Below, one piece after another: positions 26,388 to 35,279 of a stretch of 35,279 bases of DNA. Each line of letters opens with the position of its first letter. The first letter of the stretch is position 1. The position numbers and the translations under genes are program-made. The DNA is from Archangiaceae bacterium (lineage in GTDB: Bacteria; Myxococcota; Myxococcia; Myxococcales; Myxococcaceae), in assembly GCA_043750125.1 (NCBI GenBank), contig JAYVCD010000365.1, positions 1 to 35,279 on the forward strand. The letters run 5' to 3'. The notes beneath the pieces are model-generated. The model had not been told where the DNA came from. It ran no database searches and worked only from the letters and a program-made list of their open reading frames with translations.

Positions 26388-28400
26388 TCAGCGTCCAAAG
26401 AGGCGTTTGAGACCCTGAAACAGGCCCTTGGTCTCGCTCGAAGCTTCGCCCGGAAGAGGGGCGTCGGCAAAGAGTCGGGCCCGCATTTCATCGCTCGCGT
26501 CGGCGGTCGAAAAAGAGGCAGTTCCCTTGCGGCCGACCGCTTCCACGTCGAGCCGACCATCGGCGCTGACGGCAAATCGAAGCAGCAGCTCTCCGGGCTT
26601 GTCGACGACGGCATGCAGGGCGCCGAGGTACTCATTTTCATCGGCCCGGGGGTTGGTGCCCTGAAAGACAGCCACTTCCACCGGCCGATCATGAACCGGG
26701 ACGCAGAGGGTCTTTTCAGCCGGAAGGCGGGTGTTCCGCTCGAGCACCCGCAGGAACCCGCCGCCTTTGACCGCGACGCCGATCGGCGCTGAGAGGACCT
26801 CGGACAACGACACGCCTGCCTTTCCCCGCTCGGATTGCACCAGCGAGTGGCCGAAGATCGCCGCGCCGAGCGCGACCGCCCCTTGAGGATCTACGTCCGT
26901 CCGCGGTGCGCGGCCGAGCAACGCCTCGAGTCGCTTGCGAACCAGGGGCGCACGGCTCTGACCTCCGACCAGCAGCACTTCGTCCAGCGCCGAGGCATTG
27001 ACCCGGCCGACCTCGAGCACGATGCGGGTGACCTCGGACGTGCGTTCGACCAGGTCGGCCGTGAGCAGATCAATCTGGGCGCGCGTCAGGTTGGCCCGAA
27101 GATCCACCGGCGCTCCGGCTTCATCGCTGACAGCGAGCGGAACGTGCACCGAGGCGTCCTCTACATCTGAAAGCGCAATCTTCGCGACCTCGGCTGCGTC
27201 CCGAACGCGTTCCCACGAAACGCGGGACTGCCTGAGGCGAAGTTGCAGGGGCTGGGGCAGCGTCAAGGCCAACGCATCGGCGACGCGCTCGTCGAAGTCG
27301 ACCCCGCCCAGAAAATTGTCGCCTCCGGTGGACACCACCTCGAGGTCATCGCCCGTCATCTCGACCACCGAAGCGTCGAAGGTCCCTCCTCCGAGGTCGT
27401 AGACGAGCAGGCGTTTGCGCGCGAGGCCGCGGCCATAGCCGAACGCGAGCGCGACCGCGGAAGGCTCGTTGAGGATCCGCAGCACCTCGAGCCCGGCCAG
27501 ACGCCCGGCTTCGAGCACCGCGCCGCGCTGATGATCCGAATACCATGCGGGCACGCAGAGCACGGCGCGCTTGAGCTCGCGCTCGAGCACGTCCTGGGCG
27601 CAGCTCTTGATTTCTTTGAGCAGCAACGAGGCGAGCTCCGGCAGCGACCACACCCGACCCCCGAGCTCCGCCCCGGCGTCGCCGTCTTGATCTGCGACCA
27701 CCTTGAACGGAAAGCGCGGCAACAGCTGCTGCACGGCTTTGGAGCGTGCCCTTTGGCCGAGCAGGCGCTTCAAGCCGGTGACCGCAAAATCCGGCTGTTC
27801 AGCGCGCAGGCCGCGGGCGGCCAGGCCGACCCGAAGCACCCCTTTGTCGTCGAGCGCGACCAGGGACGGCAGCGCAAACTCGGTGGGCCCGCCGAGGGGA
27901 ATCAGCTGCGGCGCGCCGTCGAGCCAGAGGGCCGCTCGGCAGGTGGTGGTGCCCAGGTCGATGCCCAGCACCACGTCGTCGGCGAGCAGGGCGGCCGCCG
28001 GCTTCAACCCCCGTCCTGGGCTTGCCGTGTTCGGAATTGGAACCGAAGGCTCGCTGGCCAGGGGTTCGGCGTTCAGCACCCCTTCCCGAAACGAGAGAAT
28101 CTTGTCGATCAACGCGCGGCTTCGGGCATCGAGGCGGACGAAGCGCACCAGCATCCCGCTCTTGCCCGGAGTCTCGTCTTCCTGCACCTGCTGCACCGTG
28201 CCCTCGCCGCGCATCAGGCGATCGCCACTTTGAAGCACGAGCTCGAACGCGATTGCGGTGCCCAGCGGCTTGACGGCGCGGGTGGCGATGAAAATGCCTC
28301 CGCGCGCGACGTTCTGTCCGTAGCGCTCGACGAACTCGTCCTCGCTCGCAAACGGGAGCCGGATGCGCAGCGCGACCGGCTTGGCGTCGGAAGCAGTCAC
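26388..28400 (-). CDS. TIGR02266/PilZ-like domain fused to an Hsp70 (DnaK-like) protein
   Basis: N-terminal 'FVERYGQNVARGGIFIAT...GMLVRFVRLD'. Hsp70 motifs GIDLGTT, VPAWY, NEPSAVALAFG, YDLGGGTFD, GGDNFLGGVDFD, VLLVGGQSR. GTG at 28400 overlaps the upstream stop. Confidence 0.9.
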   Translation of the reverse strand: MTASDAKPVALRIRLPFASEDEFVERYGQNVARGGIFIATRAVKPLGTAIAFELVLQSGDRLMRGEGTVQQVQEDETPGKSGMLVRFVRLDARSRALIDKILSFREGVLNAEPLASEPSVPIPNTASPGRGLKPAAALLADDVVLGIDLGTTTCRAALWLDGAPQLIPLGGPTEFALPSLVALDDKGVLRVGLAARGLRAEQPDFAVTGLKRLLGQRARSKAVQQLLPRFPFKVVADQDGDAGAELGGRVWSLPELASLLLKEIKSCAQDVLERELKRAVLCVPAWYSDHQRGAVLEAGRLAGLEVLRILNEPSAVALAFGYGRGLARKRLLVYDLGGGTFDASVVEMTGDDLEVVSTGGDNFLGGVDFDERVADALALTLPQPLQLRLRQSRVSWERVRDAAEVAKIALSDVEDASVHVPLAVSDEAGAPVDLRANLTRAQIDLLTADLVERTSEVTRIVLEVGRVNASALDEVLLVGGQSRAPLVRKRLEALLGRAPRTDVDPQGAVALGAAIFGHSLVQSERGKAGVSLSEVLSAPIGVAVKGGGFLRVLERNTRLPAEKTLCVPVHDRPVEVAVFQGTNPRADENEYLGALHAVVDKPGELLLRFAVSADGRLDVEAVGRKGTASFSTADASDEMRARLFADAPLPGEASSETKGLFQGLKRLFGR

Positions 28401-28996
28401 TGCAACGCGACGCCATCGCTCCCGACGACGACCAGCTTGAGCCCCGGCGCGATCGCCGCTTTGGGCGCCTCGAAGAGCAGCACCCGTTCGACTTTCTGGT
28501 CGGGCTCGAGGCTGACCGACAGCTCGCGGCTGCCCGCCAGCAGCTGGGCATCGCGGGCAATCGGGTATTCGTGAGACCCGGCAACCAGCTTTGCCGCGCT
28601 GAGATCCAGTGCCCCTCCACCCACCCGCTGCGCCGAGAGGACGACCTTGATGAAGTAATCGTCCGACGTGAGGGACATCTTTTCGCCCCCGATGCTGTGC
28701 GAGGTCTCGACGGACGAAACCCGGCACGCTGCGAGGCCGCAGCTGAAGTCGGGAGAGCCGGCAATCGGCAAGGTCTTGGGGACATCAGGCATCGCCGCAC
28801 GCACCGCCAGAGGGCTGGGTTCTGCGGGAGCCGCAGGCAATGAAGGTCGCGCGGGGGTTCCCCCTTTCTCGAGCCGGTCTTTTTCGGCCTGCAGCTTCTT
28901 CAAAAGTCGGTCTTCGGCGGAAACAGCTTCTGGTTTCGGGCAGCCCAGCAGCATCAGTCCGAGCGCTGCAACGGTCCAACGCGCCCGGACGCTCAT
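28397..28996 (-). CDS. Lipoprotein, Ig-like (DUF4352-like) hypothetical
   Basis: Lipobox LLG-C and C-terminal 'LEPDQKVERVLLFEAP'. Starts immediately after the alaS stop. Confidence 0.7.
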   Translation of the reverse strand: MSVRARWTVAALGLMLLGCPKPEAVSAEDRLLKKLQAEKDRLEKGGTPARPSLPAAPAEPSPLAVRAAMPDVPKTLPIAGSPDFSCGLAACRVSSVETSHSIGGEKMSLTSDDYFIKVVLSAQRVGGGALDLSAAKLVAGSHEYPIARDAQLLAGSRELSVSLEPDQKVERVLLFEAPKAAIAPGLKLVVVGSDGVALQ

Positions 28997-31645
28997 CTAG
29001 ACCTTCACCAATTCGTAGAGCCGATCGAGCGCCTGGGGAATCTTCGAAGGGTCGGTGCCGCCGGCCTGGGCCAGATCAGGTTTGCCTCCGCCTTTTCCTC
29101 CGACGGTTTCAGCCATTTGGCGAACCGCGTCGCCGGCCTTGAAACCTTTGGCGACGATGTCTTTGGTGGCCGCGACGAGAATCAGCGCCTTCCCGTCGGC
29201 CGTTTCTCCACCCAGCCCAACGACTCCGGACTGCAGTTGATCTCGGTACCGATCAGCCAGCTCGCGCATCACGTTCGCGTCGCAGGGGGCCGACATCTGT
29301 TGGGTGCGGACCTTGACGGTACCGACCTGCTTCTCGACGAACGCCGCCGACCCGCCGGTCTGGGCCTTGAGCTGCGCGCGCTTGAGCTCTGCGTCTTGTT
29401 CTTTGATCCGGCTCTGGAGGGTCTCGATGCGTTTGACCACTTCGCGCACCGGGGCCTTGAGGACGTCGGCGGCGCGTTTGAGCTCTTTGTCGAGCTCGCG
29501 CAGAAAGGCGAACGCTCCCACCCCGGTCAGCGCGACGATTCGGCGAACTCCCGAAGCAATCGAGGATTCCTGGGTGATCTTGAACAGCCCAATGTCCCCT
29601 GACGCGCGCACGTGGGTCCCGCCACACAGCTCGGTCGTTTCGCGATGAACGCTGACGACGCGGACCTTCTCTCCGTACTTCTCGCCGAACATCGCGACCG
29701 CGCCCGAGGCTTTGGCTTCGTTCAGCCCCATCACGGTTGTGGTGGCCTTCTCGTTGTCGCGAATCCAGCCGTTGACGAGGTCTTCGACCTTCTCGAGCTG
29801 CTCGGGTGTCGGCGCCTGGAAGCACGAGTAGTCGAACCGGAAATAGTCCGAGTGCACCACGCTGCCGGCTTGCTTGACCGCGTCACCGAGCACCACCTTC
29901 AGTGCCCGGTGCAGCAGGTGGGTCGCCGAGTGGTTGGCCGCGATCGCGTTGCGTCGTGGGCCGTCGACTTTCAGTTCCAGCGTGTCGTTGACCTTCAGCT
30001 CGCCGCCCGCGACCTTCACTTTGTGGACGTGCAGACTGGCCACCGGCCTGGTCGTGTCGAGGACCTCGAGCTGGGTGGTGGGGGTGGTCAGCCTTCCGGT
30101 GTCACCGACCTGTCCGCCCGATTCGGCGTAGAAACACGTCTGGTCCAGCACGACTTCGACCTCGGATCCGGTTGCAGCGCGCGGGACCTCGAGCCCGTTC
30201 TGTACCAAGGCGAGGACTTTTCCGGTGCCCTGGGTCGCCTCATAGCCGGTGAACAGGGTCGCCTTGAGCTTGCTCGCGAGCGTCAGCCACACCTCGGAAA
30301 CAGCCTTCTCGCCGCTGCCTCCAAAGCTGCCATCGCGCTGCTTTGCCATTCGCTTCTGGTAGCCCTCGAGATCGATGTCGACCCCGCGCTCTTTGGCGAT
30401 GACCTGGGTGAGATCCCAGGGGAAGCCGTGGGTGTCGTGCAGCAAGAACACCGCGTCGCCCGAGATGACCTTGCCCCCCGAAGCCTTGAGCCGTTCGGTC
30501 TCTTCATCGATCAGCTTCAGGCCGCGATCGAGGGTGCGACGAAAGCTCTCTTCTTCGTGCCGGGTCGCCTCGAGAATGAAGGCCCGGCTCTCACGAAGCT
30601 CGGGGTAGGCGGTGCCCATCTGGCTGATCACCGCATCGACGGTCTGGTCGAAAAAAGACTGGCTCAACCCGAGCCGTGCTCCGTGGCGAATCGCGCGCCG
30701 CATGATCCGCCGCAGCACGTAGCCGCGGCCTTCGTTCGAGGGTTGCACTCCGTCGGCGATCAGAAAGGCGGTCGCGCGTGAATGGTCGGCGATCACCCGC
30801 ATCGAGGCATCGTCGGCGGCGTTGGCGCCGTACTTCTTGTTGCTCAGCGCAGCCGCCTTCGCCAGCAGCGGGGCAAATACGTCGGTGTCGTAATTCGACT
30901 TCTTGCCTTGAACCACCGCAGTGACGCGCTCGAGACCGGCTCCCGTGTCGATCGAAGGGCGGGGCAGAGCGAGCAGCGCGCCGTCCTTCTCTTTGCGCTC
31001 GAACTGCATGAAGACCAGGTTCCAGATTTCCATCCAGCTGTCAGATTCGCCGGCGTACTCGCCGTCTTTGACCGGGCCGTCGGGAAGGTAGAAATAGATT
31101 TCGCTGCAGGGCCCGCAGGGGCCCACGTCGCCCATCGCCCAGAAGTTGTCAGCCAGCCCCAATTTGCGGATCCGGTCTTTCGAGACGCCCTGCTTCACCC
31201 ACAGCTCGTACGCCTCGTCGTCGGCGGGGATCCCCGCTTCGCCCTTGAAGACGGTGACCGAGAGGCGATCTTTGGGCAGCCCGAGGACCCGGGTGACGAA
31301 GTCCCAGGCGAACGCAATCGCATCGGGCTTGAAGTAGTCGCCGAAGCTGAAGTTGCCCAACATCTCGAAGAAGGTGTGGTGCCGGGCGGTGAAGCCGACG
31401 TTGTCGAGGTCGTTGTGCTTTCCACCGGCCCGGACGCACTTTTGTGAAGTGGTGGCCCGCCGGTAGTCGCGGGGCTCGCGGCCGGTGAAGACGTCTTTGA
31501 ACTGAACCATTCCCGCGTTGGTGAACAGCAGGCTCGGGTCGTTGGCCGGAACCAGGGACGAGCTGGGCAACTTGCGGTGGCCGTGTTGCTCGAAGAAGTT
31601 GAGAAATGCGTCGCGAATTTCCGCGGCGCTCATTGGGGCGGACAT
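28997..31645 (-). CDS. alaS: Alanine--tRNA ligase
   Basis: Motifs LLFTNAGMVQFK, RHHTFFEMLGNFSFGDYFK, EIWNLVFMQF, HSATHLL, ELCGGTH, GGKGGGKPDLAQAGG. Start is ATG 31645 or 31633. Confidence 0.98.
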   Translation of the reverse strand: MSAPMSAAEIRDAFLNFFEQHGHRKLPSSSLVPANDPSLLFTNAGMVQFKDVFTGREPRDYRRATTSQKCVRAGGKHNDLDNVGFTARHHTFFEMLGNFSFGDYFKPDAIAFAWDFVTRVLGLPKDRLSVTVFKGEAGIPADDEAYELWVKQGVSKDRIRKLGLADNFWAMGDVGPCGPCSEIYFYLPDGPVKDGEYAGESDSWMEIWNLVFMQFERKEKDGALLALPRPSIDTGAGLERVTAVVQGKKSNYDTDVFAPLLAKAAALSNKKYGANAADDASMRVIADHSRATAFLIADGVQPSNEGRGYVLRRIMRRAIRHGARLGLSQSFFDQTVDAVISQMGTAYPELRESRAFILEATRHEEESFRRTLDRGLKLIDEETERLKASGGKVISGDAVFLLHDTHGFPWDLTQVIAKERGVDIDLEGYQKRMAKQRDGSFGGSGEKAVSEVWLTLASKLKATLFTGYEATQGTGKVLALVQNGLEVPRAATGSEVEVVLDQTCFYAESGGQVGDTGRLTTPTTQLEVLDTTRPVASLHVHKVKVAGGELKVNDTLELKVDGPRRNAIAANHSATHLLHRALKVVLGDAVKQAGSVVHSDYFRFDYSCFQAPTPEQLEKVEDLVNGWIRDNEKATTTVMGLNEAKASGAVAMFGEKYGEKVRVVSVHRETTELCGGTHVRASGDIGLFKITQESSIASGVRRIVALTGVGAFAFLRELDKELKRAADVLKAPVREVVKRIETLQSRIKEQDAELKRAQLKAQTGGSAAFVEKQVGTVKVRTQQMSAPCDANVMRELADRYRDQLQSGVVGLGGETADGKALILVAATKDIVAKGFKAGDAVRQMAETVGGKGGGKPDLAQAGGTDPSKIPQALDRLYELVKV

Positions 31646-31701
31646 GAGGGTCCTTATGCCACAGCCGGTTTGACGAACCATCGGCTATCATCGGCAACAG
31701 C

Positions 31702-32427
31702 TTGCGGCCGGCGCTCTTCCTCGCTCTTGTTCTCCTCGCCGCACCTGCGCTCGCTCAGGACGCGCGGGTGTCGTTTCTCGCCAAGCAGCTGAAGACGGCG
31801 AAGGACCCCCGCGTTCGTGCCCAGACGGTGGTGATTCTCGCCGGGACTTTGAGCCCCGCGGCGATCGCGCCCCTGTGCCTGGCGATGAAGGACGTCGAAG
31901 TGGTGGTCCGGGCCGCGGCGGCCAACGCGCTTGGAGAGCTGCATCTGCCCGACGGGTTGACCTGCCTTCACGCCGCGCTGGGCGATCGCGATGCCTTGGT
32001 GCGCGCGGCGGTTCAGCGGGCCATCGACTTCAAGCCGGTGGTGCCCGGAGGCCTGTATTTTTCGCTCGAAGACATCAACGACAAGGTCGGGGTGCCCCCC
32101 GCTGTCGCCCAGCTGGCCAACGAGCTGTTGAAGCAGAAGCTGACCTCGATCGGCGCAAGCTTTGCTCCACCGGGTGAGAGCAAGCCGCAGGCGCAGACGG
32201 TCATCAAAGCCAGAAAGCTGCGCGGGTACCTTTTGCGGGTCAACCTGCTGCCCAATGCGGCCAACGGACTGAAGCTGGAAATTCTGGTGATGACGTACCC
32301 CGAGCAGTCGCTGCAGGGCAGTTGGAACGTAAAGGCCTCGGGGGCCAAGTACGAGAACCTTCTCAAAGTGATGGTCCCCCGCGTCATCGATGACGCTTCA
32401 GAGGACCTGGAGTGGAAGGGCCAGTAG
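31702..32427 (+). CDS. Exported HEAT-repeat protein
   Basis: TTG start, signal peptide ending ALA-QD, and HEAT repeats (DPRVRAQ, VVVRAAAANALG, DALVRAAV). Confidence 0.75.
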   Translation: MRPALFLALVLLAAPALAQDARVSFLAKQLKTAKDPRVRAQTVVILAGTLSPAAIAPLCLAMKDVEVVVRAAAANALGELHLPDGLTCLHAALGDRDALVRAAVQRAIDFKPVVPGGLYFSLEDINDKVGVPPAVAQLANELLKQKLTSIGASFAPPGESKPQAQTVIKARKLRGYLLRVNLLPNAANGLKLEILVMTYPEQSLQGSWNVKASGAKYENLLKVMVPRVIDDASEDLEWKGQ

Positions 32428-32448
32428 CACCCGTAAAAAGAGGAAACG

Positions 32449-33183
32449 ATGTCCACCCAACCCGTTACGACCACCGGCACGTACAAGCGACAAGCGCGCA
32501 ACTTTCTGTTGGACGCGCGCTTTCAGCTCAAGTTCGCCAGCTACATCGTGGGCATCACCCTCGTCCTCGCAGCGGTGTTGGGAGTGATCCTCTATCGGAC
32601 GACCAACCACCTGTTCGCCCAGGCGCAGTCCGCGGTCGACGCGCGCAGCTCGGCGGCTGAGTCCAGCCGGGAATTGGGGATTGCGACTTTGAACAACGAC
32701 CTGGCGCGGAACCTCGACAACCCCGAATTCACCAAGCAGCTGCAAGAGCGTTCGGACTCGATCGACAAGGCGTTCGAGCTGGAAAAGGCATTGGTGATCG
32801 AGACCAAAGCCCAGCTGGTGAAGCAGCAGGAAATGACGCTGATCGGGCTCATCGTCTGTCTGGTCGCGTTCATTCTGGTCGTCGCGCTGGGGACGATCGT
32901 CACCACCCATCGAATCGTCGGGCCGCTGTTCCGGGTGAAGCGAATGGCCAACGAAGTGGCCGCGGGGAAAATCCGGCCTCCGACCTATGGGCTGCGACCT
33001 TCGGACGAGCTGAAGGACGTGTTCGACTCGTTCAGCAACATGGTCACGAAGTTGCGCGAGCGTCAGGTCGAAGATCTGGCGCAGATCGAGGCCGCCCTGG
33101 CGACCGCAAAGTCAGGCTCCTCGCCCGGTCAAACGCTCGAAGCCTTGCGCGCCAGCATTCAGGCCCGGCTCGACGCCGAGTAG
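32449..33183 (+). CDS. Two-TM HAMP-domain protein without an output domain
   Basis: RBS AAGAGGA, two TM helices, HAMP 'THRIVGPLFRVKRMANEVAAG...LRPSDELKDVFDSFSNM', and a short C-terminal helix. Confidence 0.85.
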   Translation: MSTQPVTTTGTYKRQARNFLLDARFQLKFASYIVGITLVLAAVLGVILYRTTNHLFAQAQSAVDARSSAAESSRELGIATLNNDLARNLDNPEFTKQLQERSDSIDKAFELEKALVIETKAQLVKQQEMTLIGLIVCLVAFILVVALGTIVTTHRIVGPLFRVKRMANEVAAGKIRPPTYGLRPSDELKDVFDSFSNMVTKLRERQVEDLAQIEAALATAKSGSSPGQTLEALRASIQARLDAE

Positions 33184-33197
33184 CTCCAGCGCCACCC

Positions 33198-35279
33198 TCA
33201 CGCGAACAAGGGGCCGAGGTTTTCGTGGCGCACCACCGTTGCTGGGACGCGACCTGCGATGCCGAAGCTCCTAAAGACCTGGGCGATGCGAACGCGGGCC
33301 TGGCTCCACGGCATCGATTCGACCCGGTACCCTTCCAGCGCCGCATAGAGCTGGGCGCGGTACGCCATTGCGCCGGGGTCGGCGATCACCACCACTCCAC
33401 AGTCGGTGCCCGACCGAACCAGGCGGCCCACGCCCTGCTTGAGCTGCACCAGCGCGCGGGGCAGGCGGTAACCGACGAACCCGAACGGCTCGCCGCCCAG
33501 GGCCTCTTCTCGTGCTTCAACCAGCGGTCGGGTGTGAGGCTCGAGCGGAAGCTTGTCGATGAAGACGCAAGAGACCGCCGGCCCCGGCACGTCGATGCCC
33601 GCCCAGAACCGCCGGGTGCCGAGCAGAACGGTGCCGCGATCTTCGGCCTGACGCCCCACCAACTTCTGGGCCGACCCTTGCGATTGACGCAGCACTTCGA
33701 TGCCTTCGGGTTCGAGCTCGCGGCGCACCTTCTGGGCCACCGCATCGAGCCGACGGGTGGACGCAAACAGTCCCAGAGTGCGGCCGCCGAGGTACCGCGC
33801 CAACCCAGAGATTCGAAGGCCGGCCCATTCGAGAAACTCAGTGCTGGTGGCGTCGGGTGCGTCGTCGACCAGCACCACGACCGCCTGCCGCGCGAGATCA
33901 AAAGGCGTCTCGTACTTCACCGCCCTCATCGGCCTCGGGCCGGCATTGAGCCCCAGCCTGCCCAGCACCCAGCTTTCGCCCGGGCCCACGGACAAGGTGG
34001 CCGAGACGAGGGTCAGCGAAGTGAAGGGCTCGACCGCCTGCCTCAGCCGCGCGGCCACGCTGATCGGTTGGCTCGCGATCGACCAGGTGCCCGGCTGCAG
34101 CAGCAGGCTGTCACACCGCCCGGGCTGCGGGCGATCGGCGACTTCTTCGACGTGGTTGGCCTGGGCCAGCAGCTCGGCGCGGGCTCCGGTCACGTCGCGG
34201 GTCAACGCGGGGTCGGCTGTCAGCGGGGCTTCGATCGCTGCCAGCGCCTGCTCGGCCGACAACAACGAAGCGCGCAGGCCATGCAGCGCGTCGCGGACCC
34301 GCAGCCACCCGCGGCTGGCCCGGACCGAAGGGGTGATGCGCAGCTCGTCGCCGCAGTCTTCCGCCAGCGCCCCCAGCGCTTCCGAGAGCACCTTCAGATC
34401 GATCACCACCTCGCTGCTGCTGAGGGAAAGGGCCTGCGCCGCGGCGTTCTGGCCGGCACGGATCAGCGCGCGCGGCAGCACCCCCACCCGGTTGAGCAGG
34501 GCTCCGAGCGCGCCATCTGCCAACTCGAGCGTCCAGGCGGTGGTGGCAGAGTCTTCGAGCTCGTGGGCTTCGTCGAAGATCAGGTGGCTCAGCTTCGGGT
34601 AGCGCTCGGGCCACGCCAGGGCCAGGGCGTGGTTCACCACCACCACGTCGGCGTCGCGCGCGTGTGAGACGGCCGAATGAAAATAGCATCGGCTGTAATG
34701 CGGGCAGCGCTCGCCGAGCGTCGTCGCGGCAGTCGATTGCGAGGCGGTGACGAGCGCGGGCAAGGCGGGGTAGCGGTCTTTGAACCAGTAGCTCAGCCGT
34801 TCGATGTCCCCCTCGGTGCTGCCCCGTAAGAAGGCCCGCAGGTAGGCGCGCGGGGCGCGATCGGCCCATTGCATCGACTCGTGAACCCGGGTGACTTCGA
34901 GGGTGCGCCGTCGACAGAGGTAATTGCCCTGGCCCTTGAGCACCGCATAGCCGAAGGCGCCCTGGGTGGCGGCGTGCAGCCTCGGCAAATCTTTTTCGAC
35001 CAGCTGATCTTGCAGCGCGCGGGTGTGAGGAGCGATGCCGACCCGGCCTCCGCCCCGGCTCGCCCAGAGCGCGGCAGGCGCCAGGTAGCCCAGGGACTTG
35101 CCGGTGCCGGTGCCGGCTTCGACCGCCAGGAACCCCGAGGTGGCCAGGTTGTGAAGCACGTCGGCAGCCATTCCCCGCTGCTCGGGCCGGGACGTAAACC
35201 CTTCGAGCGTGTCGGCCATCGTCCCGCTGCGGCCGAGCACGGCCTCGAGATCTGCGCCGTTGACGCTGGCCGCTTCAGA
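33198..35279 (-). CDS. dinG: DinG/YoaA family ATP-dependent helicase; 5' end probably outside the window
   Basis: Q-motif RPEQ, Walker A AGTGTGKS, DEAH, SATL, FWAGIDVPG, QGVGRLVRS. The frame stays open to the right edge. Confidence 0.88.
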   Translation of the reverse strand, partial: SEAASVNGADLEAVLGRSGTMADTLEGFTSRPEQRGMAADVLHNLATSGFLAVEAGTGTGKSLGYLAPAALWASRGGGRVGIAPHTRALQDQLVEKDLPRLHAATQGAFGYAVLKGQGNYLCRRRTLEVTRVHESMQWADRAPRAYLRAFLRGSTEGDIERLSYWFKDRYPALPALVTASQSTAATTLGERCPHYSRCYFHSAVSHARDADVVVVNHALALAWPERYPKLSHLIFDEAHELEDSATTAWTLELADGALGALLNRVGVLPRALIRAGQNAAAQALSLSSSEVVIDLKVLSEALGALAEDCGDELRITPSVRASRGWLRVRDALHGLRASLLSAEQALAAIEAPLTADPALTRDVTGARAELLAQANHVEEVADRPQPGRCDSLLLQPGTWSIASQPISVAARLRQAVEPFTSLTLVSATLSVGPGESWVLGRLGLNAGPRPMRAVKYETPFDLARQAVVVLVDDAPDATSTEFLEWAGLRISGLARYLGGRTLGLFASTRRLDAVAQKVRRELEPEGIEVLRQSQGSAQKLVGRQAEDRGTVLLGTRRFWAGIDVPGPAVSCVFIDKLPLEPHTRPLVEAREEALGGEPFGFVGYRLPRALVQLKQGVGRLVRSGTDCGVVVIADPGAMAYRAQLYAALEGYRVESMPWSQARVRIAQVFRSFGIAGRVPATVVRHENLGPLFA

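Noticed and set aside
24491-26410. 639-aa ORF antisense to the calpain-like gene
   Set aside because: Typical high-GC shadow frame (V/L/A/G/R-rich mirror of biased codons) with no recognisable motifs.
31646-31701. T-box or attenuator upstream of alaS
   Set aside because: The intergenic region is only about 56 nt and lacks T-box or terminator/antiterminator features.

Overview
High-GC, gene-dense bacterial window whose gene content (TIGR02266/PilZ-Hsp70 fusion, zinc-ribbon/DUF3426-type protein, large S41 protease, tandem ArsA-like ATPases, many TPR proteins) points to a myxobacterium (Myxococcota; inference). About 30 CDSs are supported. They include housekeeping genes (mltG, ruvX, gshA, alaS, a DinG-family helicase cut by the right edge, a TatA-like gene) and envelope or proteolysis genes. 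I saw no rRNA, tRNA, CRISPR array or mobile element. Three candidates stand out, all inferred from motifs and gene context without database searches. (1) A five-gene module at 9157-12944: an asymmetric ArsA/GET3-like ATPase pair, a small phasin/PhaE-like coiled-coil protein coupled to an orphan ParA with a KGGTCKT Walker A, and a PhaR-type DNA-binding protein that shares a C-terminal motif with the small protein. This is a candidate storage-granule or lipid-body targeting/positioning system. (2) An orphan two-gene cassette at 4767-6685 resembling a type III secretion translocator/filament-like substrate plus a SycD/LcrH-like TPR chaperone. (3) A signal-less calpain-like protease with a downstream small TIMP/OB-like gene (24139-26284), a candidate effector-inhibitor pair.
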